A DNA stretch of 39,641 bases from Catajapyx aquilonaris (Eukaryota): positions 1 to 39,641 of the forward strand of contig JYFJ02003600.1 of NCBI GenBank assembly GCA_000934665.2, read 5' to 3'. The notes beneath the pieces are model-generated. The model was not told the origin of the DNA and did not search any database. It saw only the letters and a program-made list of their open reading frames with translations. This document shows positions 1 through 11,760 of the stretch, one piece after another; the first letter of the stretch is position 1, and each line of letters opens with the position of its first letter. A program made the position numbers and the translations under genes.

Positions 1-1064
1 ATTTTCGTTTGGCGGGGGTGTTTGTCAGACGTCAGAACCGTTATATTGGTTTATATAGTTATAATTATAATAGAATAATCGAATGATTCGAATCCACTAG
101 GCAATGCCGTCACATACTGCTACGCGATAATTGGCCCGGACCTTTGCTGTGTTGCCGATTCTACCTGTCACACGCGTACCAACTGAACGTGTTCCAAATC
201 CGACACAAATGAAGAGCTACAGGCTCCCCTTTCGGAACTAAACTTTTAAAAATGCCTCGACAAATTGGGACCTCGTACTGACGACCGAATAAAATCGATT
301 TCCATCAAAAATAACAAATATTAAGCACACCTCCAAATACCATGTTTAAGTTGGCAGCCGTGACAATTGCGCCTGCGCACAAAAACTTGCCGCCGGTAAT
401 GGGCCCATATTAAATCGAGTTTAAAACGCAGATTCGAATGGAATGCATAGGATTGAACAGCATTTCCTGCTGCATCGGTTGCGTATGTTTCCCTGATTTT
501 AGCCCTTCTTATTAACATTCCAATTCTAGACTCTCATTTGATTAGCAAGTCGCTTCATTTCCACCTTAAAGTAATTCTAGCTCATGCAAATTTTATTAAT
601 AGATTTAAATGTAATACTAGTTGCAGGGGTCCACAATCCATTACTTCTTCACCTATCACACTCTTCAACTGATATTTATAAGGAAGGGCCGTTTGAAAAA
701 GTAATAGTGCTTTATCCGGCAATACAGTGGTCACTTACGCAAGTGTGCCATTTTTTCTTGTTGTGGGCAGAATTCCAAAAAAAATGTTCTGTAATCCATG
801 ATGCACTAAATACTGTATATATTAGAAGCGTTGACATGGGAAAGGTCGTCAGTCACACACAGACAAAAATCGATTTTTCGTTTTTTCATGGGACAAACAG
901 TACATGTGCTTCTGCCAATGCAATGGCGTGGGAACAGCAGTAAGTCAGTATAGGTAGAAGAGAGCATTAGTTCCTATGATCTACATAATATGGCACTTGT
1001 GTTAAGTTTTACGAGGTTTGGCTTGGAGAAGGTAGTAAGTCACCTCTCGCCTGGCGCCTTATAA

Positions 1065-2065
1065 CCTGTTCCACTTGTTGACAGTGTAGGTCACTCACAC
1101 ATGCCATGTGACAGGGACTTCAGCATTATTGAGAGGAGGAAGAAAGTAGTGTGCCCAACAATGGTTCCAAAAGAACTAACTTGCAAAACTGGTCAGAGAG
1201 ACTAAATCATATAGACTAGACTAGATCATATAAAGTAGCTTACTGTAATCATGATGACACCTGATGATTTTTGTGACTTCGCCATGGAATGTGACTTATT
1301 TCTTAATACTGTACAGTCTATCAAAATTAACACTCCTGGATAAGGATTTCTTGAGCCGACTTCCCATTAATAATATTAACACAAAGCAATATATTATTCA
1401 ACGAATTGTGCAAGGACGAAGGAGTACTCTACATCTTCAAAAGGGGGGCAGTAATGTTCTTCAAGGCCGTCACCAATACAGGGTGGACCAACTTCAAGTG
1501 TCGTTTTATAACGGCTATTTATAGAAGCGCTTTACAATTGACGTAGCAGCGACGTGTAAAATGTCCCACTTTGGCGCCATCGAAAATATTAGCTGCCAAT
1601 AGCAGCACACATGTAAGTCAACCCTGCGTCCCTGCTGCTGGGTTGACCTGGAAAAAAGGAGGTGCACACATGACCTGCGATGCGCCTGGGTGAAATGAGT
1701 GACGTCCAAGGCACCAGATGGACCATGGACCTGTAATGCAAGCCTTGCATTACAGGTCCATGGTCCATCTGCTATTGGCAGCTAATATTTTCGATGGCGC
1801 CGAAGTGGGACATTTTACACGTCACTGCTACGTCATCGCAAAATCACTGCTATTAATCGCCGTTATAAAACGACACTTGAAGTTGGTCCACCCTGTACAC
1901 GTCCTTACAACACACTCGGAAGGAGACCAGTCATACCGTGCTCAGAAAAAAATTAATTGTACGCCGATGCGCAGTGAACCCAACAAAAGAGGGCCTATTG
2001 GTCATGCTGGATTTTTTGGACGAGAAATAGCCTACCATGCGCTTTATCGAGAAATCTGTGCCTTA
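1065..2065 (+). pseudogene. Degraded Sola-like (DDD) transposase C-terminal remnant, interrupted by a MITE
   Basis: The + strand from 1089 translates GHSHMPCDRDFSIIERRKK. After frameshifts come TVIMMTPDDFCDF...SWIRIS, and beyond the MITE ...LLVMLDFLDEK/YHALYREIC. This fits the GHxxxxCDxDFxxIE catalytic motif and C-terminal tail I recall for Sola-type transposases. It has multiple stops and frameshifts. Confidence 0.65.
1479..1895. mobile_element. Tc1/mariner-type MITE (417 bp)
   Basis: TA|CAGGGTGGACCAACTTCAAGTG...CACTTGAAGTTGGTCCACCCTG|TA. Imperfect TIRs of about 127 bp (1479-1605 / 1769-1895) and a TA TSD. Confidence 0.9.
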
Positions 2066-4482
2066 AAAATAAAAAGTAGCAAATATTTGTATATTAAATT
2101 CATAAAACTTTTATTTTGACTTTCATGACTTTTTGTAATAAAATCCAACAATATAAAGCTTTTGTGTAATAATGCTTCATGCGTTCATGGTGTTCTCAAG
2201 ACTGTTTTTTGCCTGTCCTGTAAAATTTAAATAAATTATTGTGACTGGTGAAACGTGCAGTTTTGTTGGGAGATTGCTCTGATGTCATTGTTGGAGACAA
2301 CCCCAGATTTGTCCATGCGTACAAACAGCGGGAAAAGTAGGCAAAGATTGGGAGGGAGAATCAAAGCCTCTCTGGACGCTTGTGCCCAGCCAAATCGGTT
2401 GTTACTGGCCAATGATTAAGAAATTGTTGCAATTGCAGTATTTTTCTGGAAAAAAATCATTGCATTTAATGATCTGCTTTCTTTCATCCTAATATTAGCT
2501 GTTAATATTTTCTCTAACCGTTGAAAGCAAATTTTTAATAAGTAGCCATTAGTGCCAAGAAATTGGTAGCCACTACCTATTTAACAAAAGTTATTTCAAT
2601 CTGTGACTGTGCATGTGTCTGCCACCGATGCCATATATATATGAATAAATTTTTCTAGCAGGTAGAGGAGGATAAAATCTGAAGAAAGTAGCTAAATAAC
2701 ATTATCCTCGATAAGTAGCATTGATAACTGTTACTCGCTAATAATGGGAACTGGGCTCAGATGGCGCCACAGGGCAACCAAAACTAAAACTTTTCATTTC
2801 TGATTTACACCAATTTTCAAGTGAGTAACATACTTGCAGGAGAAAGTACAAGTTTTTGGATCAAGTGTGAGAGTAAATTGTAGCTTCACGCCGAGTTCAG
2901 AGTTGAGAGCTTGCAGGATGGACGCTGCCAGGCGGATGACCTGTAGTGATGGGTCCTCAAATTGTTACAGTATCAAGACAGAAAGACAATATATTATAAC
3001 CACGTGCAATAAAAAACAATAACTCCACTTCGGTGGGCCAGGTTACTTGTTTGACCTGTGGCAGCCCTGCTGGTCATCATTGAGGTCGCGTAGTGTAGGC
3101 TGCTGCTGGTTCACAGGTGACCTACGCTTTGAAGCTTGGTTGAGGGCATTCCAAGACACATCACCCAACAGAGGGTTACAGTTCCTCCGGGGTAATAGGT
3201 CAAGCGTAATAGCAAGGGTCGGAAATGAAGTCTGACGGAATTGACACAGCAATCATAATATATTATTGCTTATACCGGTATATTTCTACTTGCACTATGG
3301 CGATTTCATGATGTCATTGGATTCGTAACAATGAATGTGGGGAATCATATGGATGGACGTCTTTAAAGAATAAAAATATTCGGAGTACTAAAGTTTTAAA
3401 AGTCCACGGCCCTGAGTTTTGACTTTTCCAGAGGATTCAAAAATATACCCAGATACAACCATTCCTCCTATGTTGGTGTTAACATTTTTTTAAAGGGGGG
3501 GGGGGGGATTTCCAAAGTATATCCTACCCATGATGACGTCATGACCAGCGGCGTTATCCATATCGAATTTGTCAACTGGTTCGCTTACGTAGGCCTACGT
3601 ATCAAAAAATATTTAAAGGGCTCACTGACTTATCTTTAACTACCCTGGAAACACTGCATTTATTCAAAAATTTTGGTTTGAGAAATTCCAGACTAATTTG
3701 TGCCGACGTCACATTTAACTGTTATCTCCACATCTATAATAATATGCATCTGGTTCACTCTAGTAGGCCAATATATTAACGTTATAAGTTCAGATACAAG
3801 TGTCCTGGATTGCAGACTACCACCACGAGCTAATGAATTACTCTTATTCTATACCACTAATGAGCCGGTTATAGGGCAGAATAGTTCAGGCAATGTGGAT
3901 GTGTTTGCTCATAAATATTCTTCAGAAAAGCCGGTTAACATTTTGCTATTTTCCTAGACGTCATGAGTAATTTCCTTGACAATATTCATTGTTTCATTGG
4001 ACGTAATGATATTTCTTTCGGTATTCCACAGGCGACGAATAAAAATCACATGGTTGAATAATTATTGTTTCCTGCCTTTAGCCTACTAGACTAAGTAGCG
4101 AGTAGCCCTAATCTCAAAACAGGAAGGGGAAAATAATACTGAAATTAGTTTTTCTTAAATAGCAATTAGTTAATTGACTGTAGTATACATATTTAACTGA
4201 TTAGTTGAGAGTCTCTGTCACGTTGTATTGAGTTATGTCAGTAAACGTATGTACTATTTGCTTGAGTACAATTTATTGATTTGTGCTGCATCAATATTCC
4301 CTAAATGTTCCTGTCGTATCCAGCAGGTTACATGATTGTCTTCTATACCAATCTTTTGGCCTTTCTGTGGCTAAGCTGTCAGATTGAGAAATACAGTACT
4401 TGAAACTTAAATTAATTAATCAGTATTCAAGGATTTCTATGTAGGAGAGGGACTTAAATATTTTCATTGCCGGTAATAATAT

Positions 4483-4592
4483 GCGTGGAATTTTCGTCCC
4501 ACTGCTAGTTACTGCTAACTTAGCATTACCAGTATTGGTAATGGTACTGCTAAGTTAGCAGTAACTAGCAGTGGGACGAAAATTCCATACGC
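4483..4592. repeat. ~110-bp palindromic element; related copy at ~10969-11072
   Basis: GGAATTTTCGTCCCACTGCTAGTTACTGCTAACTTAGCA...TGCTAAGTTAGCAGTAACTAGCAGTGGGACGAAAATTCC. Confidence 0.85.
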
Positions 4593-5191
4593 TATTTTTT
4601 CCGATCTCAAAGTGTATGAAGTATAGCCTTCATTCTTAAGCGGGAGATTAATATTTTCAGGCATCATTGCACTTTCTCAACAATAAATATTTCCATATTA
4701 TTGTGTGCATTTACGTATTACCTGGGCTGTTTGGGCATAGTGGCTGTTAAGCTGCTGCTTTTTAAAATTTACAGCCGCTAATCCTGTACGTGATTTGTTT
4801 TGTTTTTTTGTTGTTGTTTTTGCAAGGAATATAATATTTTAAGACCTGATAAGCTAATGTTGTTAAGCGACATTTCTCAAACTTTTCAGGAGAGCAGAAT
4901 GAAATATTGAAAAAAAAAAATGTTTTCGTCAGGTTTACAAACTTTTGCAAACAAACATACCAGTATGTGATGGAGAAATACATCAGGAATGCTCTCCTGA
5001 CAATGAAAAGTTATTTGGGCCTCATGTCAAAGGTCACGGGACAATTTATTGGCTTGCACATAACAACATTAGATATAACACATAACAAAAGTTGTTAAGT
5101 ACGTACGCATCACCTCCGCATACAAAATCATGCCCCTTTGACACTGCTGCATCAATCAGCCACCAAATTCATCACGTAATCCCAGTAGGTG

Positions 5192-5680
5192 TCATTCAAC
5201 GTCCGCAGGGTTTTCGGTGTCTGTATCATCACAAGAAAGGTGCCTAAAGAATGTGACATTTTCCGGCAGCGTCACACTGGACAGGAGTTTCTGCACATCT
5301 CTGTACTTTGCTGCAGTAATAGGCAGATATTCCTTGTAGGTTGGTTCTGCAGATGTAAATGCACGTGCCAAGGGCGCATATTTGACACCCTTCTTAAGTA
5401 CCCTCCGAGAGAGAAGACAGTGCTTCCGGACACAGACCAAGTCGAAAGTGATATCCACGAATAGCCGACAATTTGGGAATCGATTTTGGTACTACACTTG
5501 ACAGGTTATTCTTGTACATCCGAACTGGTATGACGTTGTTCCATAATCTATCATGTCATCTGTTAGCGGGTGCTGGACGAATGCAATGTGAAGAGGACGT
5601 ACCTCTGCAATCATTCTTATACCCATGTAGATGGCTTCAACACTTTTTCCTTTTTCTTGCGGGCCTTCTCGATGACCACA
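5192..5680 (-). pseudogene. Sola-like transposase C-terminal fragment
   Basis: With frameshifts it reads VIEKARKKKEKVLKPSTWV/RMIAEVRP...VQHPLTDDM.../IPVRMYK...LSAIRG.../YKEYLPITAAKYRDVQKLL...FFRHL. The LPIxxAKxxDxxxLL...F tail resembles Sola-type transposase C-termini (recalled, not searched). Confidence 0.55.
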
Positions 5681-5690
5681 GTGGATCGAG

Positions 5691-5737
5691 AGGATCCCAT
5701 CGATGGGATCCATCGATGGGATCCATCGATGGGATCG
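5691..5737. repeat. Palindromic 13-bp tandem repeat (CCATCGATGGGAT)x3
   Basis: GGATCCCATCGATGGGATCCATCGATGGGATCCATCGATGGGATCG read directly. Confidence 0.9.
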
Positions 5738-7539
5738 ACAGTGCCTCTTAACAACATTGGCTTCCCATTCGTGATACATAACAACATAATTATACGCTTC
5801 TGAAATACCGGCACGTGTCAAGTCAGGCACCATGATATACAGGCACTTAGCATCAACCGATCCTCATAAAATTTTGTGGAAAAATCGACCATGTTGAATA
5901 CGTCACAGGGGAGTGAATTTTTTTTGACGGAAATGTCGTTAACAACATTAGCTCATCAGGTCTTTTATTTGACGGAGAATATAATTATCTCCTAAGTAGG
6001 CTACGTGTGATATATTCTTCTGCAATCTGTATTGATTACTTCTTCCAGTAAAATCTCACTTGTGATGGAATTTCCCCTCCCTTCCGGAAAACAACTGCTT
6101 TCGTCTTGTTCAAATATGAATATGTAAGCTTTTACTATCTAAATATTGTTTGAATACTCTGAATGTTTTATCATAAAAGAATGAATTTTCGGCTAATAAA
6201 ACCAGGTTTTCAGCAAATTGTAGAAGATATGTACTGTACAGTATGTCAGTAGTGCTAGTTCCTATTTACTCTCGGCATTGGTGAACTTCTGTTGAAAAAT
6301 GAGGAGCACTCTCAATTATTACAAAACATGATGAGCTAATTTTAAAAATATTAAAGAAATATGACTTGATTTTATAAGTAATTTTTATTGCACCTGCATA
6401 GAGCAAAGATCTCTGAAGGGGACATTGCCACCTAATTATAATTCACATATAGTAACATTGTTCTGAAGACATTCAGAAAAACTACATTTTGAAGGTGAAT
6501 ATTTTTATAGCATTACATAACAAAAACTTGTCAGGTGGGGCAATTAGATAATGAGAGAGGTTGATGCATATGGGTTTGTCACAAATGAGACAATCAAAAA
6601 AATTAATATTAAGTATAGGGGAGCGACACCGGATACTGAAAGTTACACCAGGCAGCAAGTTGACTCTAAACCAGATGAGTTGTTGCTTAGATTTATTCAT
6701 ATTATCAGAAAGGGTTGTGATGGGAGATTGTAAAAAAAAGTAGGCTACATCTCAATCTCATGCGCCTTTTATGCGATTGCAATGACTGCATAGATCATAA
6801 GTTTTTCAAGGTCAAATTTTTGAAAGAGTTGTAAGTTGATTCAGAGTCATATTTAAGGTCAGCAACTGTAAGTCCAACTGAAAGGATTATTTTCATTGAC
6901 AGAAAATGGCTTTCAGAGTCATGCCATGTAAAAGAACTGAGATGAAACTGGAGTTGGATATTAACACAGTGTTCAACCAATCTTGAACTTTTGTTTGGTT
7001 GCTTCTCTTCGTAGGCTATATAGGAACAGTAGTCCCCCACTCGCCATTACTCTAACCTGAAAGCTGACGGAACAGACTTGAAATTATGGCATGAAATGTG
7101 AGAATTGATGTAGTCTACCCATATAGGGTGTCAGTAACTTGCATCCTCCCACCCTACAACCAGAGAATCTGATCTGTCCACAACTCTTACACCTTTGAAA
7201 ATAAGCAATATCAGCAAATCAACAAAATTGTCCACCACACACTCACTAAATCCAATGCCGGACAGTCACAACATAACAAAACCATTCTGAACAAGCAGTA
7301 TCCTCTCCCCGATACTTCATCAGCTCTTCTCACCGACCGCAGGCACCACTCCACTGAAAATCGCGCAATGACCATCAGCCACACCCTAGTTTGACGATCC
7401 GTGTCCGAATAAAACGGTTGTGTTGGTGATCCACTGTCCGAAAAAAAAAAAAAAAATCCCTCCCCGCTTCTGCTTGTTCTCCGGAAAAAGAGCTCAGAGC
7501 AGCCAAAGCAGGGTTGTCGGGTACGAACAGCTTGTAAAC

Positions 7540-7800
7540 CCGGCGCTGATTTGGCCGTTACCATTCTGATGGCCGCCAGCGCCGCAATCTGTCTAATTGA
7601 TGAAGGGCCACCGGGGCAAGCCGGGACGCATTCGCCACTCGGAGACAGCTCCTCAATTCATGGCCTCGCCTCGTTTTCAATTTGGCTGATGGCCGGCCAG
7701 GGGGACTTTCATGGGTCCATTCCAAACTGCGAGGGGGGAGCATCAGGGAAGAGTTAGCACGGCCCAAGAATGGCCTGCCGATAATGGGCTTCCAAATGGT
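7540..7800. promoter_or_regulatory. Candidate developmental enhancer / conserved non-coding block
   Basis: A GC-rich island in AT-rich DNA with no TE hallmarks. It contains CTAATTG, TGATGGCC (twice), TGATTTGGCC and AATTCATGGCC, the last shared with ~28086. Confidence 0.3.
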
Positions 7801-7893
7801 GGAATGGAGGAGAATGGAATTAATAGGAGGAGGGACGGCAGAGGATACATACGGTGATCATATCCCTACAAAGTACCGGGGGTTACTCAGAGG

Positions 7894-7912
7894 GAGAGAG
7901 AGAGAGAGAGAG
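7894..7912. repeat. (GA)n microsatellite
   Basis: GAGAGAGAGAGAGAGAGAG run. Confidence 0.9.
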
Positions 7913-8574
7913 GGAAAAATCAAAGGCTGTGTGATAGAAGATTACGTTGATTGTGCCTCACCCACCACCAGCTCCTCTGGCTGGATTTGCATTACATTGC
8001 ATTAGCGGTGAATGGCGTGGCACGGAATATTTGCAACCAAAGTGATTAGATTATCCTTTTTTTTCTGTTGGGGTTCGGAGGGAGGGAGATACGCGATAAA
8101 ACAGGGTTGGCGTTTTTCACGTTGGAAACCTTCACGGCCCAAAGGGTGACGTTAACTCACTTGAGATAGCTAGAAATTGCCTGTTACAAGAGTAAAGAAG
8201 ATTTGATAACTGGGCTACTTCTGAAAGAAAATGTTATTAAATATCTAAGGTGTAGAAATCATTCAAACTTAAGTTTACAAATGTGACAAAGGGTAATGAA
8301 ATTATTCTGCTATAGTTACAAAAGGCCACAATAATTATTCAAATTGAAAGAGTTTCTATATATGATCTCTTCTTGTTTTCATGGGTTTTCTCGGGCTTCT
8401 CACGTTTCCTTCCCACAATCAAATCACCACTGAGCATGAACGAATAAAGAGCCACAGGCACATCACAGGGTCATTAATTATGTTTTATTGTTATTAATTT
8501 TGACCAAAGACATTTTGTCAGGCGAAATTACCGTCGAATCTCGTACATTTTCTTCCCATTTGCACTCATTGCAC

Positions 8575-8645
8575 TATCCGGCGATCAAACTCGGGACGCG
8601 GACGTCAGCGACCTCTGGGACCTAACCCATTGCACCACAAAATCC
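8575..8645 (-). mobile_element. Degraded tRNA-derived SINE head
   Basis: The minus strand has A-box-like TGGTGCAATGG and B-box-like GAGTTTGATCG at tRNA-like spacing. A SINE-like GGGTTTTCTCGGG...TTTCCTTCCCAC fragment lies nearby at 8383-8416 on the opposite strand. Confidence 0.35.
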
Positions 8646-8865
8646 CGTACATCACGAGAAGGGTTGTGTGAGAAGTGATTCCTCTGATGGGCCCTCGTAG
8701 CTTATTAGAATAATGCGTCTATTAAGAACATTATAAAGGATGGCAGAGGGAGAGAGGGATGGCGAGAAAGTCAATACATATCCTGGCAATTATGCAATAT
8801 GGATTACGAGGCTCATGTCTTTAGCCACCCAAATGTTCATTACTGTCTCCATTGTTACCAAGTAT

Positions 8866-9649
8866 CAGGGTGGTCCATTTAAAACTGTTTCTGCTAATAT
8901 CCTGACAATCATACATCCAACAAGACCTGCTGCATATGGAATGTGGGTTGGACCAAGGGGAACACAGGATAGTGCTGCGGGGTACATTGCGGATGGCGCC
9001 ACTGACCGTGACCCGGGGTCAGGGTCACATTCGTCAATGGAAACCCCCATAATTTATTGCAGATATTGGCACTACATGAAAAGCAAAGACACTTTCACAG
9101 GGACTACATTGTCAATTGAATGCACCAACAACGCCAAAAAAAATGTTGAAGATGGTAATATTCACCTTGGTTATGACCTGCAATATGAAATAAATGTTGC
9201 AATTACATTACATAAGATCTTGTTTGGGTGTACACATGAAGGTGTAATCCAAATTAGACATGTAATGTAATGTAATTGCAACATTTGTTTCATAGCAGGT
9301 CATAACCAGGCAACCAGCTGACATGATGCCATTGCTTTGCATGCCGTAGAGGTGAATATCACCATCTTAAACATTTTTTTGGCGCTGTTGGCGCATTCAA
9401 CTGACAATGTAGTCCCTGTGAAAGTGTCTTTGCTTTTCATGTAGTGTCAATATCTGCAATAAATTATGGGGGTTTCCATTGACGAATGTGACCTTGACCC
9501 CGGTCACTGTCAGTGGCGCCATCCGTAATGTACCCCGCAGTACTATCCTGTGTCCCCCTTGGTCCAACCCACATTCCATATGCAGCAGGTCTTGTTGGAT
9601 GCATGATTGTCAGGATATTAGCAGAAACAGTTTTAAATGGACCACCCTG
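8866..9649. mobile_element. Tc1/mariner-type MITE / foldback (784 bp)
   Basis: CAGGGTGGTCCATTTAAAACTG...CAGTTTTAAATGGACCACCCTG|TA with ~300-bp TIRs (8866-9167 / 9350-9649). The left flank is TAT, so the TA TSD is imperfect. Confidence 0.9.
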
Positions 9650-10630
9650 TATACACAGGGTGTATCAGAGTCACGGGTCAAGCGCGCGCGAGGGGGTGGG
9701 GAAAAATCGACTACCCCGGTCTGTTTTAAAAAACAATTAGAAATACGGCAGTAATCAATTTATTTATTACAATGGGCCGCTTCAAGAGTTGGTGATTGTC
9801 AATATGGTATCGGATACGTGGAGCTATGCCGGGATGCCAAAGTATAGATGCCATCCAGTTGAACCGTCTGACCCCTCCTCCACTTTGCACCATGCCTCGA
9901 CCATGACGAGTTTGCATTCTGGGAGGGGCCAATCTGCAGAGACTGGGGACCACCGGGACCTAGCACATAACCTGGTGCTTACTGATTCATAGTACTCTTT
10001 ATTATAATTTACAGTATATTTATGGGGGGTGGATATAGCAGTGTTCCGTGTGGTATAGGCTATACAAGATGTTCCAAGTATCCGTTTTTTTAAGTTATAA
10101 AAAATTTCGCTCTATAATAAGTTTTTTGTACCTTGTGTCCTTGTTGCACCCTGATACAGGTGCCGCAATATCTTACATATACCGGTACAGTATACTAGTA
10201 TAGCAACTGCAAAATTCGACCACTTGGGAGTAATTGGGCACCTCGATTGGGGAGTAACGAGACGCATAAATAACTACTTGATCGTTGATGGGTATAGGCC
10301 TACTGGACAAAACCATAATTATACGCTGCTCACAAGAGCAAGTCGTATATAAGTGTTTTATATTGCTTCAGTAAACTTCAATGCAGGCTACGTACTAGGT
10401 GTGCATTTATTAGCTTGTATAATCTGTCTCCAGTTTCATAAGTGAAGATGAGGGAAACAGGCGGCACTCTCAGACGTAAATAAAATAATGATGTGAGGCA
10501 CTGTTAAAGTCTAGGGTGAGATATGACTTATTTGAGACCAATATTATTATCATTTATGGAGGATTTAATGCTGGTTAACGGCTTGTAGGGGAGTATTGAA
10601 AGATGTATGAGGATGGAAGATTTACGATGG

Positions 10631-10698
10631 CTCATTGAATAATTTGGGGATTCGTGCGAGATTTAATCCCGCACGAATCCCCCAAATTATTCAATGAG
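10631..10698. repeat. 68-bp hairpin
   Basis: CTCATTGAATAATTTGGGGATTCGTGCG...CGCACGAATCCCCCAAATTATTCAATGAG. Confidence 0.85.
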
Positions 10699-10731
10699 TA
10701 TACGGTAACGGTATACTGTACCGAAGCAATA

Positions 10732-10784
10732 TAATTCCGGAATGTCAGCCAAGCAAATTTTGCTTGACTGACATTCCGGAATTA
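10732..10784. repeat. 53-bp hairpin
   Basis: TAATTCCGGAATGTCAGCCAAGCAAA T TTTGCTTGACTGACATTCCGGAATTA, with one mismatch. Confidence 0.85.
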
Positions 10785-10883
10785 CACATAGTCATATATA
10801 TATACATCAGAGTATTGAAGTTATTTGCCCCTCATGATTTAACGGAAATTAAGGTGATCCTGGAATTGTTTAAGAGAACAGAA

Positions 10884-11321
10884 CATTGTACTCCCGATTA
10901 TCCGGGTGCGGATTATCCGTCCATCGCAAAAATATTAAATTAAAAATTAAAGTCCGAAAAAATGTGTCGAATTTTCGTTCCACTGCACTGCTAGATACTG
11001 CTAACTTAGCAGTACCAATGCCAATACTGGTACTGCTAAGTTAGCATACTGCAGCAGTGGGACAACAATTCCACCCACTGTCAATATGACTGTCTCGCCA
11101 ACGAAGATATTTTTTCTAGAAGACAGTAAAAATTTGTGGTAAGTTTTATTATTTTGATTAAAACCAAGCAGCATACACTTTGTACAGTAGTAAGTTACAT
11201 TAAAAACCTGCGAATAGCTCATTTTTTTGCGATGTCTAGGACCATTTTCCGATTATCCGTGTTTTCCGATTATCCGGCGACACCCGTGCAGCCGTAAGCC
11301 CGGATAATCGGGAGTACAGTG
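10884..11321. mobile_element. pogo/Tigger-like MITE carrying a copy of the 4483-4592 palindrome
   Basis: 23-bp TIRs CATTGTACTCCCGATTATCCGGG / CCCGGATAATCGGGAGTACAGTG and repeated subterminal GATTATCCG motifs. There is no clean TA TSD. Confidence 0.7.
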
Positions 11322-11459
11322 AATTTCAGATCGTATTTAGGCCCATGTACGTATACATTGGAATTATGAGGTTGTTAACCCACTGCACTGGCCCAGATTG
11401 TATACTATATGCAACTAGAGAGTGGTGTGAATATAAGTCCGCATTATTTTAAGATGATA

Positions 11460-11487
11460 CTAGCAGGTTACCCGGCGTCGCCCGGTA
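11460..11487 (-). mobile_element. Helitron-like 3' terminus
   Basis: The minus strand reads ACCGGGCGACGCCGGGT-AACCTG-CTAG|T: a GC-rich short hairpin a few nt before a CTAG end followed by T. The 5' end was not located. Confidence 0.5.
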
Positions 11488-11689
11488 TGTTATGGTGGAA
11501 GTGGTCGGGATATCCATACACACCTATATTATTTTTAGGAAGTTTGTTTTATGAATTCCATATACACTCGATATGCCTTAAAACTGGTCTTATGTGCCAT
11601 CGTATATAGTAGGCTAATATATTGCAAACAATAAGCCAAAGTTTGTCATTACCTGTGAAGGGCAGAAGGGTGTCACGCTGCACAGGGCA

Positions 11690-11760
11690 GCGGGCAGCCA
11701 CGCGTCAGGATGAAAGGAACAAGTAACTGGTTCCTTTCATCCTGACGCGTGGCTGCCTGC
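11690..11760. repeat. 71-bp near-perfect GC-rich hairpin
   Basis: GCGGGCAGCCACGCGTCAGGATGAAAGGAAC-loop-GTTCCTTTCATCCTGACGCGTGGCTGCCTGC. Confidence 0.9.

Larger units (their letters stand above)
4841..5977 (-). mobile_element. Internally deleted Sola-like DNA transposon remnant
   Basis: Inverted ~35-bp repeats AAGACCTGATAAGCTAATGTTGTTAAGCGACATTTC (4841-4876) and GAAATGTCGTTAACAACATTAGCTCATCAGGTCTT (5930-5964) flank a transposase-like fragment. The exact ends are uncertain. Confidence 0.5.

Noticed and set aside
2834..3235. Exon-like segments on the minus strand (ACTACAG|GTC...CAA|GTATGT at 2940-2834; a 69-aa ORF at 3043-3252)
   Set aside because: The splice-like sites are plausible, but I recognise no protein and cannot build a consistent multi-exon frame.
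6482..7040. Cluster of 60-80 aa ORFs
   Set aside because: Short, overlapping on both strands, with no recognisable motif.
8740..9754. 176-aa ORF and mirrored ORF pairs (8865-9050 vs 9513-9740)
   Set aside because: They are by-products of the MITE's inverted repeats and show no transposase motifs.
9656..9760. Solo CAGGGTG mariner-like end (similar at ~32716)
   Set aside because: No matching partner TIR was found, so an element cannot be delimited.
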